The notes: generated by a model not told the origin, from the letters alone. A stretch of DNA of 64,000 bases from Candidatus Saccharimonadota bacterium (GCA_017437945.1 JAFRWP010000002.1:1272-65271), one strand, 5' to 3'. Counted from the stretch's first letter, positions 16,566-26,667 are shown. Numbers and translations: made by a program.

Positions 16566-17843
16566 ATGAAACACTCAATCGAAGAAGTTCAACTAAAGAG
16601 CGGAGCCAGCGGCCTCCTGATTGACGCGCCAAACTCTGGTGTAGTTAATATGAAGATTATTTTCCGCGCCGGCAATAAATTCGTCCGCAAGCCAGAAATC
16701 TATGAGGTCGCCCATCTGATGGAGCACATGGCCTTTGGCTCTAACGCTGAATACCGTGACGAACAAGCTTACGAATCCGAATTCACCAAAAACGGCGCCT
16801 ATCATAATGCTTGGACCTCTGATTGCTTTATTGCCTACGAGGCTGAATGTGCCGATTTCGAATGGGAACGCATTTTGGCGCTCGAGGAACTCGCCGTCGC
16901 TAAGCCACGCTTCAATGAGGACGAGTTGAACAGCGAAAAGGGCAACGTCCGCTCTGAGCTCACCGGCTATCAGAACGATTATTCGCGCTTAATCTGGCCA
17001 AAGCTCCAGCAGGAACTTGGTGAGAAAGTTTTGACTTACGGTGAACGCCTCAAGACTATCAACAATATTGAGCTTAAAGATGTCCGCGAACACCATCGCC
17101 GCACTCATACGGCGCAGAATATGCAGTTTATCATCACCGGCAACCTTCGTGGTCGCAAGCGCAAGATCATAAATATGCTTGAAAACTGGGACTTAAAGCC
17201 AGGCGAAAAGTCTGACATTCCGCTCAGTGCCTTTGTTGGTGCCGACCCAGTCCTAATCCGTCGCAAAGACGCTTCGAATATGTCTTTCGGCTTTTCTTTC
17301 ATCACCCCGCGTGCGCTTGAACCAAAAGAGCAGTACGCTATGAGCTGCCTCAACCATATCCTGAATGGCACCATGAGTAGCAAAATCTTTGGCACCGCTC
17401 GCAAGCGCGGCATCGTTTACGGTATGGGCTCTACGACCGACAGTGATAAGTGGAGTAGCGCCTGGGACTTTGATGGGGAAGTAAACTCCGAAAATGCCGC
17501 CGAACTCTTTGATTTGATTGCTATTGTGCTCGCCAAAGTTATTAATGGCGATATTAGCGAAGCCGACATTAACGCCGCCAAGCAATATGCGCTCGGCCGT
17601 CATCAGATGCTTGCGCAGACCGCCGATCAGATTAGTAACTATTATCTTCGTGATTACATTACTACTGGTACTTACGAGCCGATGGTCGAGGCACCAAAGA
17701 TGATCGATGCCATCGATAAGAGCACCATTGTCATTCTTGCTCGCGAGTTTATGCAATCGGGCATCTCCGGCCTTGCCGCTGTTAGCAATATGAATAAAGC
17801 CGTCCTTGACGAGCTATGGTCGCGCGTTCTTGGCGCTATCTGA
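16566..17843 (+). CDS. M16 (pitrilysin/insulinase) family zinc peptidase
   Basis: HLMEHMAF contains the inverted HxxEH zinc motif. The 425-aa length fits a two-domain M16 protein. Confidence 0.85.
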   Translation: MKHSIEEVQLKSGASGLLIDAPNSGVVNMKIIFRAGNKFVRKPEIYEVAHLMEHMAFGSNAEYRDEQAYESEFTKNGAYHNAWTSDCFIAYEAECADFEWERILALEELAVAKPRFNEDELNSEKGNVRSELTGYQNDYSRLIWPKLQQELGEKVLTYGERLKTINNIELKDVREHHRRTHTAQNMQFIITGNLRGRKRKIINMLENWDLKPGEKSDIPLSAFVGADPVLIRRKDASNMSFGFSFITPRALEPKEQYAMSCLNHILNGTMSSKIFGTARKRGIVYGMGSTTDSDKWSSAWDFDGEVNSENAAELFDLIAIVLAKVINGDISEADINAAKQYALGRHQMLAQTADQISNYYLRDYITTGTYEPMVEAPKMIDAIDKSTIVILAREFMQSGISGLAAVSNMNKAVLDELWSRVLGAI

Positions 17844-17856
17844 TATAATCAGATTA

Positions 17857-18429
17857 ATGGATAATAAAGACATAAAATTAGTTGCCGTTGTTGGGATGTG
17901 CGGCAGCGGTAAATCTACGGCCGTAGATTACTTAACTGAGCGCAACATTCCGAAAGTATATTTTGGCGGTGTTGTTTTGAATGCTGTTAAAGAAGCTGGA
18001 CTTGAAATCAATGAAGAAAACGAAAAGATGATTCGCGAAAGCTTGCGCGAGAAAGAGGGCAAGGATTTCATCGTCAATCGTGTTATTGAGAGTACTAAGA
18101 AGCTTATCGAGGCTGGCCAAAAACGCATCGTACTTGATGGGTTATATACTTGGACTGAATATAAAATTCTCCGCAAAGAGTTTCCGAACGAAATGACCGT
18201 CGTGGCCGTGGTCACTCCGAAGGCTCTTCGTCGCGAACGTCTTGCAAATCGTCCTGTACGTCCGCTTACGGCCGCCGAGGTAGCTGAGCGCGATCGCAGT
18301 GAAATTGAGAACCTCGAAAAAGGTGGCCCAATTGCTATCGCCGATTACTATGTAGACAACTCCGGCACCATTGAAGAATTCCACGAAAGCTTCGGTGCAC
18401 TTATGAAGAAAATTGGTTTCATCGACTAA
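17857..18429 (+). CDS. P-loop nucleotide kinase-like protein (dephospho-CoA kinase / dNMP kinase-like fold)
   Basis: It has a Walker A motif, VVGMCGSGKST. I take the start as the ATG at 17857, 7 nt after TGATATAAT. The substrate cannot be determined from the sequence. Confidence 0.55.
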   Translation: MDNKDIKLVAVVGMCGSGKSTAVDYLTERNIPKVYFGGVVLNAVKEAGLEINEENEKMIRESLREKEGKDFIVNRVIESTKKLIEAGQKRIVLDGLYTWTEYKILRKEFPNEMTVVAVVTPKALRRERLANRPVRPLTAAEVAERDRSEIENLEKGGPIAIADYYVDNSGTIEEFHESFGALMKKIGFID

Positions 18430-18430
18430 T

Positions 18431-19012
18431 ATGAAAGATTACCAAATTCCAACCCGTGAGACCGACATTATTGTTGCCGAACTCCAAAAAACTGCCGACA
18501 TTGCCGGCGACGTTGTGGAGTTTGGCTGCTATGCTGGCGACACTTCTGTAATTCTTGCCGCCGAGCTCAAAAACAATCCTGACAAATGGCTCTATCTTTA
18601 TGATTCTTTTGAAGGTCTACCAGAAAAGACTGCCGCCGACGAGGCGCCGCAGGGCTGGCGATTTCAAGCTGGCGAATTGCGCGTCTCTGAAGACACGGTA
18701 GCACACAAATTTAAGAAGCTTAGTCTTCCGGATCCGGTTATTAAGAAGGCTTGGTTCAATGAATTGACTGACGACGATTTGCCGTCTAGCATCTCTTTCG
18801 CACTGCTTGATGGCGATTTCTATGAATCCATCAAGGTCAGCCTCGAAAAAGTTGTTCCGCGTCTGAATCCAGGTGGCATAATTGTTGTTCACGATTACCG
18901 TAACCCGGCTCTTCCAGGCAGCGCCAAAGCCGTCAATGAATTCATGGATGCGCATGCCGACGAATACGATTTTCGTCTCGCAGCCACCTTGGCTATTTTA
19001 GTAAAAAAGTAA
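18431..19012 (+). CDS. TylF/MycF-family class I SAM-dependent O-methyltransferase
   Basis: VVEFGCYAGDTS and LDGDFYESIKVSLEKVVPRLNPGGIIVVHDY match TylF-family motifs. Confidence 0.75.
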   Translation: MKDYQIPTRETDIIVAELQKTADIAGDVVEFGCYAGDTSVILAAELKNNPDKWLYLYDSFEGLPEKTAADEAPQGWRFQAGELRVSEDTVAHKFKKLSLPDPVIKKAWFNELTDDDLPSSISFALLDGDFYESIKVSLEKVVPRLNPGGIIVVHDYRNPALPGSAKAVNEFMDAHADEYDFRLAATLAILVKK

Positions 19013-19660
19013 TCGAATTACCCAAATTATTAATAAGTGCGCCGGGAAGAAAACGTATCCGGCGTATTTTGGTAGGCGGTGGCCTTTTTTGCCATTATAA
19101 AGTGCTAGCGGGACGAATGCGACAATTGACCATAGCTGGAGTGGCCAATTGATTACGGCCGCTAGTACCCCCATCGATATGGTCAGACTAACGGCCAGTG
19201 CGGCATAGTAAAGCACTTTTTCTTTCTGTAAGTATTTCCGACAGAAGTAGAACAATACCAGGAGTAATACTGCCGAGAATCCATAATCAACCTGAAATGC
19301 GCTGCCAGCAGCTATCAAAAACGGTACACAAATCCACCAGTAACCCCTCTTCTCGAGGCAGAGCATAGCCGCAAACCCCAAGATGAAGCCGAATAATATA
19401 TTATGGGTGCTATCAAACCCCATCTGCACACCCAACAATAAGTACGGGATGTCGGCTAGTAGTGCGCAGATTGCTAGTCTCAAGAAATATTTCTGCCGCG
19501 ACTTTGTATGAAGAAAGCCCTCGACGATTCCCATAGCAAATAGCGGCATCGCTATTCTGCCAATAATTCGGGCCCAATCTGGGTCGCCGAGTAGGTATAG
19601 GCCAACATGATCAATCGTCATGCAAATTATTGCGATAATCTGTAAAATCGCTGATGTCAT
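18998..19660 (-). CDS. TraX-family membrane protein
   Basis: LQIIAIICMTIDHVGLYL is a typical TraX N-terminus, and the protein is multi-TM. Its 3' end overlaps the convergent methyltransferase gene by 15 nt. Confidence 0.7.
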   Translation of the reverse strand: MTSAILQIIAIICMTIDHVGLYLLGDPDWARIIGRIAMPLFAMGIVEGFLHTKSRQKYFLRLAICALLADIPYLLLGVQMGFDSTHNILFGFILGFAAMLCLEKRGYWWICVPFLIAAGSAFQVDYGFSAVLLLVLFYFCRKYLQKEKVLYYAALAVSLTISMGVLAAVINWPLQLWSIVAFVPLALYNGKKGHRLPKYAGYVFFPAHLLIIWVIRLLFY

Positions 19661-19682
19661 ATGTCTCTATCTTAGCATAAGA

Positions 19683-19711
19683 TTGACATAAGCATAATTT
19701 TGTGCTATAAT
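19683..19711 (+). promoter_or_regulatory. consensus sigma70 promoter TTGACA-17-TATAAT
   Basis: Both hexamers are perfect with a 17-nt spacer. It lies 50 nt upstream of the small ORF at 19762. Confidence 0.65.
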
Positions 19712-19761
19712 TAAAAGGTTGGATGCCTGCATCTAAAGAACCTGGAAAGGAGTTGAAGAAT

Positions 19762-19896
19762 ATGGAACGGTTCGCCAAGATATTTATGGTTGTTTTCTGG
19801 TCTTTCGCTGCAATTCTCTACGGTATCTTATTTATCGCCGGTCTTCCTTTCGAGGTGCTCGCGAAGTCTTTTGACGACGAAGGATACCGCGATTAA
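19762..19896 (+). CDS. unlisted 44-aa hydrophobic small protein
   Basis: An AAAGGAG SD lies 8 nt upstream. The sequence MERFAKIFMVVFWSFAAILYGILFIAGLPFEVLAKSFDDEGYRD has one or two TM segments. Confidence 0.45.
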   Translation: MERFAKIFMVVFWSFAAILYGILFIAGLPFEVLAKSFDDEGYRD

Positions 19897-19981
19897 GGAG
19901 GAAAAATAATGAAAACTGTCAAAAATATCTCTTCCTGAGTCTATTTGCCTTCGTCTGTGCGGTTTTTTCGTCAACTCCATC

Positions 19982-20011
19982 GCCTCACTCTTGCGCAGAG
20001 CGAGGCTTTTT
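19982..20011 (+). terminator. intrinsic terminator
   Basis: GCCTCACTCT-TGCGC-AGAGCGAGGC followed by TTTTT. Confidence 0.7.
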
Positions 20012-20098
20012 CTTGTCTTATAAACAAAATTATGTTACTATACAGAGCGATTCCGTTGGCCGAAAGGTCAAATAGTTCTTTAAAGGAGTGTGAATTGA

Positions 20099-20524
20099 AT
20101 GAAGACGGAATTCCCTGAATGGTACACTAAAGATCTCGAAGAAGTCGCAGCAGCCAAGAAGCGCCTCGGAGAATCAAAACTTCCCATCCTGATTTACTAT
20201 GCTATTGACCCTCTGCAGTTTTCCGGCGATGGCCGCCCGATGTATTATCACCGGCGAATCTACTATTTCCCGGACGTCGATACAGTAAAGGAAGACGTCC
20301 AGTTTACCAACAACGGCCATACCACGGACAATGTTCTTCCTGGCACCGTCAATTTGGCTCAGGCCCTCGCGAAATACGCTTTCGGCGAAAAACCTATCGA
20401 GATCGCCAAGTCGGTCAGCGAAAATATCAAAGCTACCATCGACCACATGATGGCTTCCGACAACGTTGGCTCCTGGGAGCAGTTGGGTATGTATCTGCTT
20501 GCCTACTACAACCTGTCCAAATAA
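20099..20524 (+). CDS. hypothetical soluble protein (141 aa)
   Basis: It has an AAAGGAG SD and its own terminator. I recognise no family. Confidence 0.55.
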   Translation: MKTEFPEWYTKDLEEVAAAKKRLGESKLPILIYYAIDPLQFSGDGRPMYYHRRIYYFPDVDTVKEDVQFTNNGHTTDNVLPGTVNLAQALAKYAFGEKPIEIAKSVSENIKATIDHMMASDNVGSWEQLGMYLLAYYNLSK

Positions 20525-20542
20525 TCTCACCCCGTATCCCGT

Positions 20543-20568
20543 CCCGCCCACCCGGCGGGGCATTTTTT
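20543..20568 (+). terminator. intrinsic terminator
   Basis: CCCGCC-CACCC-GGCGGG followed by GCATTTTTT. Confidence 0.75.
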
Positions 20569-20595
20569 ATTGCTAAAAATCTTTTTTACCCCTGT

Positions 20596-20670
20596 TTAGC
20601 AAACTTGACAGCCGAGTGCTAACGCGCTACAATACAAGCATAGTTAGCACTCACACGGTGCGAGTGCTAA
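20596..20670 (+). promoter_or_regulatory. dnaK promoter with two CIRCE (HrcA) operators
   Basis: A perfect CIRCE, TTAGCACTC-N9-GAGTGCTAA, lies at 20644-20670. An imperfect copy, TTAGCAAAC-N9-GAGTGCTAA, lies at 20596-20622 and overlaps the -35 TTGACA (20605-20610). The -10 is TACAAT (20628-20633). Confidence 0.9.
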
Positions 20671-20709
20671 AACATAAATTCGTATTTAATCAAGGAGGAT
20701 AAATCCAAC

Positions 20710-22608
20710 ATGAGTAAAATTATCGGCATCGACCTCGGTACGACGAACTCAGCATTCGCCTACATGGTCGCCGGCAAACCAGAAGTAATCACTAACAGCG
20801 AGGGCGACCGTACAACTCCGTCGGTCGTTGCTATTACAAAGAAGGGTGATCGTCTCGTCGGTAAAGTTGCTCAACGCCAGCGCGTTACCAATCCAGAAAA
20901 CACCATTTACGGCATTAAGCGTCTCATCGGCCGTAAGTATGATGACAAGGAAGTCCAGGACGATATGGATATCTTGCCATATAAGATTGTTCGCAAGGGT
21001 GAAGCTGTTGCTGTAAAAATGGGCGACAAAGAATACACTCCGGAAGAAATTTCTGCTATGGTCCTTTCAAAAATTAAGGCCGATGCCGAAGCTTATCTTG
21101 GCGACAAGGTAACCGAGGCTGTCATTACCGTCCCTGCCTATTTCGACGATTCTCAGCGCCAAGCTACTAAAGATGCCGGTAAAATTGCTGGCCTCGAAGT
21201 AAAGCGTATCGTTCCAGAACCAACCGCCGCGGCTTTGGCTTACGGTATTGATAAGAAGGAAGACGAGAAAATCGTAGTCTTCGACCTTGGTGGTGGTACC
21301 TTTGATGTTTCCGTCCTCGAACTCGGTGATGGTGTCCTCGAAGTGAAAGCTACTAACGGTGATACCCACCTTGGTGGTGAAGACTTCGATAATAAAATTG
21401 TTGACTACATTCTCGATGATTTCAAGAAAGAGAATGGCATTGATCTGCGAAAAGATGCTGCCGCGATGCAGCGCATTAAAGACGAAGCTGAGAAAGCCAA
21501 GAAGGAACTCAGCTCCGCTACTGAAACTGAAATTAACCTTCCATACATCACCGCTGATGCTGATGGTCCAAAGCACCTCGAACTCACGCTTACTCGCGCT
21601 AAGCTCGAAGAACTCGTTGAGCCACTTCTTGATCGCCTTGATGGCCCAGTTAAGAAAGCCCTCGAAGATGCCCATCTCAGCACTTCCGATATCGCTGACG
21701 TCGTTATGGTTGGCGGTATGACTCGCATGCCAGCTGTTGTAGAGCGTGCTAAGAAACTCTTCGGCAAAGACCCAATGCAGGGCGTGAACCCAGATGAGGT
21801 CGTTGCTGTTGGTGCTGCTATTCAGGGCGGCGTGCTCGCTGGCGACGTGAAGGACGTTCTCCTTCTCGATGTCACTCCACTTACCCTTGGTATCGAAACC
21901 ATGGGTGGCGTGCGCACTCCACTTATTGATCGCAACACTACGATTCCTACCAGCCGCTCAGAAGTCTTTAGTACTGCGTCCGATAACCAGCCACAGGTAG
22001 AAATCAATGTTCTTCAAGGTGAACGTGAATTTGCTCGCGATAACAAATCTCTCGGTAAGTTCATCCTCGATGGCATCGCTCCAGCTCCACGTGGTATTCC
22101 ACAGATTGAAGTTACCTTTAACCTCGATGCCAACGGTATTTTGAATGTTACCGCAAAGGATAAAGGCACTGGCAAAGAGCAGAGCATTACAATTCAGAAC
22201 TCTGGCAACATGAGCAAGGCCGATATCGAAAAGGCTCAGCGTGAAGCTGAGGCTCATGCCGCCGAAGATAAGAGCAAGAAGGAAGCTGTCGAAGCTAAGA
22301 ACCATCTTGAGAACGCGATTTATCAGGCCGAGAAGATGCCAGATGAATACAAAGACAAGATTTCTGACGAAGATAAAGACAAGATTAAAGAAGCCGTCAA
22401 AGAAGCTAAAGAATCCCTCGAGAAAGACGGGGAAAATAAAGAGAAGCTCGAAGAGGCCGCCAAGAAGCTCAATGATGCTATCATGCCAATCGGCGCTAAG
22501 ATGTACCAGCAAGCTTCTGCCGACGCCAAGTCTGAGGACAAGAAGGAAGATTCTTCCAATAGCAAATCCGACGATGGCACCGTCGAAGGCGAAGTTGTAG
22601 ATAAATAA
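20710..22608 (+). CDS. dnaK: molecular chaperone DnaK (Hsp70)
   Basis: [20 protein letters not shown] and the C-terminal substrate-binding and lid regions are present. AAGGAGG SD. Confidence 0.97.
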   Translation: MSKIIGIDLGTTNSAFAYMVAGKPEVITNSEGDRTTPSVVAITKKGDRLVGKVAQRQRVTNPENTIYGIKRLIGRKYDDKEVQDDMDILPYKIVRKGEAVAVKMGDKEYTPEEISAMVLSKIKADAEAYLGDKVTEAVITVPAYFDDSQRQATKDAGKIAGLEVKRIVPEPTAAALAYGIDKKEDEKIVVFDLGGGTFDVSVLELGDGVLEVKATNGDTHLGGEDFDNKIVDYILDDFKKENGIDLRKDAAAMQRIKDEAEKAKKELSSATETEINLPYITADADGPKHLELTLTRAKLEELVEPLLDRLDGPVKKALEDAHLSTSDIADVVMVGGMTRMPAVVERAKKLFGKDPMQGVNPDEVVAVGAAIQGGVLAGDVKDVLLLDVTPLTLGIETMGGVRTPLIDRNTTIPTSRSEVFSTASDNQPQVEINVLQGEREFARDNKSLGKFILDGIAPAPRGIPQIEVTFNLDANGILNVTAKDKGTGKEQSITIQNSGNMSKADIEKAQREAEAHAAEDKSKKEAVEAKNHLENAIYQAEKMPDEYKDKISDEDKDKIKEAVKEAKESLEKDGENKEKLEEAAKKLNDAIMPIGAKMYQQASADAKSEDKKEDSSNSKSDDGTVEGEVVDK

Positions 22609-22622
22609 TCTCGACTAAAAAG

Positions 22623-22655
22623 AAAAGGGGCAGCTGATTAAAGCTGCCCCTTTTT
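22623..22655 (+). terminator. intrinsic terminator after dnaK
   Basis: AAAAGGGGCAGC-loop-GCTGCCCCTTTTT. Confidence 0.85.
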
Positions 22656-22723
22656 GTCTCAATGACAACTTCACTACTCATGAAAAATACGTAACGGTTA
22701 AAATCTGTTAAACTATAAGCAGT

Positions 22724-23815
22724 ATGGATACGACAGCAATTATTATTTTGGTGGTCGCAGTCGTGGTTATCATGGCTATGTTTTTCTATTTCACTCACCA
22801 AATCTCAAAATTAACTGAAAAAATGAGCGACAAAGTCGACAAAGAAAATCGTCGCACTCAGGACAAAATTGATCAGATGAACGAAGCCGTTAATCGCAAG
22901 ATTGATTTTAATAACTCACGCGTTCAAGAATCAATCACTAATCAGCTCAATGAATCCGGCCGCCAGATGCGCGACAGCAAGCGTGCTATCGCTGAAATTT
23001 CTGCTCGCTTAGCGACCATTACTGAGACCAACAAGCACGTCGAATCGGTTGCTGACGAACTTAAAACTCTTCAGGCCGTGCTTCAGAACCCAAAGCAACG
23101 TGGCGTTTTCGGTGAATACTATCTCGATACTGTTCTCGGCAATGTTCTTCCGGTCGGCTCTTATGATTTGCAGTACAAATTCAAAGATGGCGAGATTGTG
23201 GATGCGGTCGTTTACCTCGATAAGGGTAAAATACTTCCGATTGACTCCAAATTCTCGCTCGAAAATTACAACCGCATGGTTGCCGCGAAAGATAAAACCG
23301 AACGCGAGGCCTATGCCAAAAAGGTGCGCGACGACCTCAAGGGGCGCATTGACGAAACTTCCAAATATATTCGCCCAGCAGAGAAGACCATGGAGTTTGC
23401 ATTCATGTTTATTCCTTCTGAGAGTCTCTACTATGATCTCCTTATTAATAAAGTTGGCGGCTCAGCCAGTGAACGCGATCTTATCGAATATGCCTATCGT
23501 GACAAAAAAGTCATTGTCACTAGCCCGACCAGTTTCATGGCTTATCTCCAGACAATCTTGCAGGGACTTCGCAGCCTCGAAATCGAAAAAGACACCGCCG
23601 AAATTCAGGCTCGCGTCGCCAAGCTCGGTACGCATATCAATAACTTTGATACTTACATGAGCAAGCTTGGTAGCTCGCTTGGCACAACCGTAAACCATTA
23701 CAATACCGCCTACAAAACCCTCGCCCAAATCGACAAAGATGTTGTAAAAATTACATCAAAAGGTGAGACTAAAATCGAAGTCAAACAAATTGACGCCCCA
23801 CAAATCGAAAACTAA
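22724..23815 (+). CDS. rmuC: DNA recombination protein RmuC
   Basis: It has an N-terminal TM helix and a coiled coil, followed by QRGVFGEYYL and LPIDSKFSLENY, which are RmuC-type motifs. Confidence 0.85.
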   Translation: MDTTAIIILVVAVVVIMAMFFYFTHQISKLTEKMSDKVDKENRRTQDKIDQMNEAVNRKIDFNNSRVQESITNQLNESGRQMRDSKRAIAEISARLATITETNKHVESVADELKTLQAVLQNPKQRGVFGEYYLDTVLGNVLPVGSYDLQYKFKDGEIVDAVVYLDKGKILPIDSKFSLENYNRMVAAKDKTEREAYAKKVRDDLKGRIDETSKYIRPAEKTMEFAFMFIPSESLYYDLLINKVGGSASERDLIEYAYRDKKVIVTSPTSFMAYLQTILQGLRSLEIEKDTAEIQARVAKLGTHINNFDTYMSKLGSSLGTTVNHYNTAYKTLAQIDKDVVKITSKGETKIEVKQIDAPQIEN

Positions 23816-24459
23816 AAGAATCGAATTTTTGTAAACGGCCAGATTCTTGAAACAACTGGTCCAACCACGCGACAATACGGAATTGTGCCGAGACCATTAC
23901 GCGAATCATAGGAATTTTGGCCTACGCGGTTATCGCCCGAAACGAACAATTCTCCTTCTGGTACGATCATGTTTACGCTGCCAGAAATATCTTTTTTTGG
24001 TCCGTCTTCATCAGACTTGCGCGTATCTAAATCAGGATTAAAACCTTCTGGATGCTCATCGTTGAAGACGGTTAACTCGCCGTTAGCCACCAGTACGCGT
24101 TCGCCCGGGAAAGCAATCACGCGCTTGATAATGTATTGATCAATTACTGCGGAATTTGCTTCGCAGTTAGTCATAGAAGTATTGCCGCCATTGGCGAATA
24201 CAATTACTTGGCCGCGTTCTGGTACATATTCTTCGCCATTAAAATGAGCAATGCTGACCGGTACACGGTTTACAATGACACGTTCGCCGTCATGGAAAGT
24301 ATTTTCCATACTGCCACCAACGACGTTATAACTACGGAAAATAAAACTGTTTAAGATAAAAGCACCCAGTGCTACGGCGCCCACAAAGGCCAAAAAGCTC
24401 AAAATATCTTTGAGAGCTGGATATTTTTGTGCAAATGTCGGTTTTGGCTTTGTCTCCAT
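23812..24459 (-). CDS. lepB: signal peptidase I
   Basis: VVGGSMENTF (catalytic Ser) and SGDNRVGQNSYDSR are S26 boxes. A TGTTAAAAT box lies 7 nt before the ATG. Confidence 0.9.
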   Translation of the reverse strand: METKPKPTFAQKYPALKDILSFLAFVGAVALGAFILNSFIFRSYNVVGGSMENTFHDGERVIVNRVPVSIAHFNGEEYVPERGQVIVFANGGNTSMTNCEANSAVIDQYIIKRVIAFPGERVLVANGELTVFNDEHPEGFNPDLDTRKSDEDGPKKDISGSVNMIVPEGELFVSGDNRVGQNSYDSRNGLGTIPYCRVVGPVVSRIWPFTKIRFF

Positions 24460-24518
24460 AGACTATATTTTAACATAAGTGGCGAGAATGGGGTGTCCGT
24501 GTTAAAATAAATAGAGTC

Positions 24519-25313
24519 ATGGCAGATTTTGTAATGATCCGCAAGGGGCGCAATGCCCTCAGTTCTCTGACGCATATCATCTTAAATATCGCGTTGGCGC
24601 TTATTTCGACTGCTCTTACTGTCATTAGCGGTAACTGGGTTTTTGGCGTCTTGCTAGTCCTTTTGTCGAAATGGCGTGTCGTTGCCGTGCGTCCGCGTTA
24701 TTGGTGGCTCAACATTAAGTCGAATCTTGTCGATTTTACAGTTGGCCTTAGCCTTGTTTTGCTAGTCTATCTATCTGGCACCGAGAATGGTCTTAATCTT
24801 TGGCATATCATTCTCACTGTAATTTATGCCGTCTGGCTAGTTGTGATTAAGCCACGTAGCGAAACCGTCATGGCCGAAGTACAGTCGCTCTTTGCAGTGT
24901 TCTTTGGCACTTTCACGGCCGCCATCATTGCTTCTAACGTTGATCCAATCGTTGGCGTCGTAGTTTGCTTCATTATTGGTTTTGGCGCCAGCCGCCACGT
25001 TTTGGTCCAGGGGGAAGAGCACGATTATACGCTTACAACATTTATCTTTGGACTTATGCTTGCGGAGCTTAGCTGGATTTTCTATCATTGGGCCATCGTC
25101 TATAACGTGCGCATCTTTGATTCCGTTATGGTCGTGCCACAATTACCGCTTGCTGCCACGACGATGTTCTTTGTACTGGCACGTGGCTACAAGTCCGCCG
25201 TTCGCCATGATGGCAAAATTCGTGTAGATGATATCGCACTACCAGCATTATTTTCAGCTTTGCTTATGGTAGTGATGATATTCTTATTTTCAAGTGCAAG
25301 TTTCAACATCTAA
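24519..25313 (+). CDS. hypothetical polytopic membrane protein
   Basis: 264 aa with about 7 hydrophobic helices. I recognise no family. Confidence 0.55.
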   Translation: MADFVMIRKGRNALSSLTHIILNIALALISTALTVISGNWVFGVLLVLLSKWRVVAVRPRYWWLNIKSNLVDFTVGLSLVLLVYLSGTENGLNLWHIILTVIYAVWLVVIKPRSETVMAEVQSLFAVFFGTFTAAIIASNVDPIVGVVVCFIIGFGASRHVLVQGEEHDYTLTTFIFGLMLAELSWIFYHWAIVYNVRIFDSVMVVPQLPLAATTMFFVLARGYKSAVRHDGKIRVDDIALPALFSALLMVVMIFLFSSASFNI

Positions 25314-25328
25314 TGGAAAGGAGTATTG

Positions 25329-26591
25329 ATGGAGAGTGGGACTTCAACAAATTCAACAAACACGCACGACTGGCGCAATTATCGTTCCAGTAGTGCTGCG
25401 GCACCACACACTGGATCGGCCGATAACTATATACCAAACACCGAACGTCGCGAACGTCATCGCGATGCTGGCGGCGCTGCACTCGGCTTGGCTATTTTTA
25501 GTTTGCTAGTCGGTATTGCCGGTATAGTCTTCGGCGTACTCGCTTTTGTTTACGTTGTAAAAGGGCAAAATGAGCCAGCTCCGCTCGTAAGCCCAGATGG
25601 CTATTACGCTGGCAATTCTACTGAATTCGAAGAGACCTCCATCGCTGGTATTGCCAACAAAGTTACTCCTGCCGTCGTCTCCATTGTTTCTTCCGTTTAT
25701 TCCACCAATTACTTTGGTTATGGCAGCACTAGTCAGGCGGCTGGTACTGGCATGATTGTGACTAAAGATGGCTACATCCTTACGAACAAGCACGTCATTG
25801 ATGGCGCCACCGATATTAAGGTAATTACTGATGCCGGTGATACTTACGAAGATGTTGAAGTAGTCGGCACCGACCCACTCAATGATGTCGCTTACCTCAA
25901 AATTAATGGCGTAGATAATCTACCAACTGTCACTTTGGGCGACTCTAAAACCATCGCCGTTGGCCAGCCGGTATTAGCTATCGGCAACGCTCTTGGCGCC
26001 TATCAAAACTCCGTCACTCAGGGCATCATTAGTGGTACTGGTCGCGAAGTTGCCGCTGGCGATGCTAACGGTCGTAATGTTGAATATTTGACCGATATGC
26101 TTCAGACCGATGCTGCAATTAACCCAGGTAACTCTGGCGGTCCACTCGTAAATGCTGCCGGCGACGTTATCGGCATCAATACCGCAGTCGCGGGTGATGC
26201 GAATGGCCTTGGTTTTGCCATTCCAATTTCCGCCACCAAAGGCATGCTAAATAACATTATTAAAAACAACAAAGCTGAACGCGCCTATATCGGTGTATCA
26301 TACGTCTCCATCACTCCTGAAGTAGCAAAAGAATACAATCTGTCCGTTAATCACGGTGCCTATGTCAAGAGCACAAATGGCTCGAGCGCTGTCGTCAAAG
26401 GTAGTCCAGCCGAAAAAGCCGGAATCAAAGATGGCGATATTATTAGTAAAGTTGGCAACGTCGAGGTTGGCCGCGCCGGTTCGGTTTCTACGCTAGTTGG
26501 CGAGTACATGTCTGGCGATACGGTCCAGTTTACGATTCTTCGCGACGGTGAAGAGAAAATTATCAACGTTACACTTGGCTCATACAAATAA
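25329..26591 (+). CDS. htrA: HtrA/DegP-family serine protease with a PDZ domain, membrane anchored
   Basis: Trypsin-like S1C motifs are present (TNKHVI, DVAYLK, GNSGGPL), with a C-terminal PDZ domain. I take the ATG at 25329, behind GGAAAGGAG. Confidence 0.9.
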   Translation: MESGTSTNSTNTHDWRNYRSSSAAAPHTGSADNYIPNTERRERHRDAGGAALGLAIFSLLVGIAGIVFGVLAFVYVVKGQNEPAPLVSPDGYYAGNSTEFEETSIAGIANKVTPAVVSIVSSVYSTNYFGYGSTSQAAGTGMIVTKDGYILTNKHVIDGATDIKVITDAGDTYEDVEVVGTDPLNDVAYLKINGVDNLPTVTLGDSKTIAVGQPVLAIGNALGAYQNSVTQGIISGTGREVAAGDANGRNVEYLTDMLQTDAAINPGNSGGPLVNAAGDVIGINTAVAGDANGLGFAIPISATKGMLNNIIKNNKAERAYIGVSYVSITPEVAKEYNLSVNHGAYVKSTNGSSAVVKGSPAEKAGIKDGDIISKVGNVEVGRAGSVSTLVGEYMSGDTVQFTILRDGEEKIINVTLGSYK

Positions 26592-26619
26592 AAAACGGGC
26601 CGCGTGATAAACGTGGCCC
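26591..26619 (-). terminator. intrinsic terminator (U-tract on the minus strand) for the 26668-27234 gene; may also stop htrA read-through
   Basis: Read on the minus strand: GGGCCACG-loop-CGCGGCCC followed by GTTTTTT. Confidence 0.65.
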
Positions 26620-26667
26620 TGAGGGGATATAAGAACGGATTTGGTACAGGTCGTTCTTTTCTTCCTC

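Noticed and set aside
19910-19939. A 9-aa ORF (MKTVKNISS) behind a perfect AAGGAGG SD, considered as a real micro-protein or leader peptide.
   Set aside because: It is too short to support on its own and I see no obvious attenuator logic. I kept it only as part of the A5-tract frameshift observation.
21067-22512. Minus-strand ORFs (202, 120 and 184 aa) and alternative plus frames inside dnaK. An alternative 203-aa frame at 23049-23660 inside rmuC is the same kind of case.
   Set aside because: All are shadow frames of strongly conserved genes. None has an independent promoter, SD or terminator.
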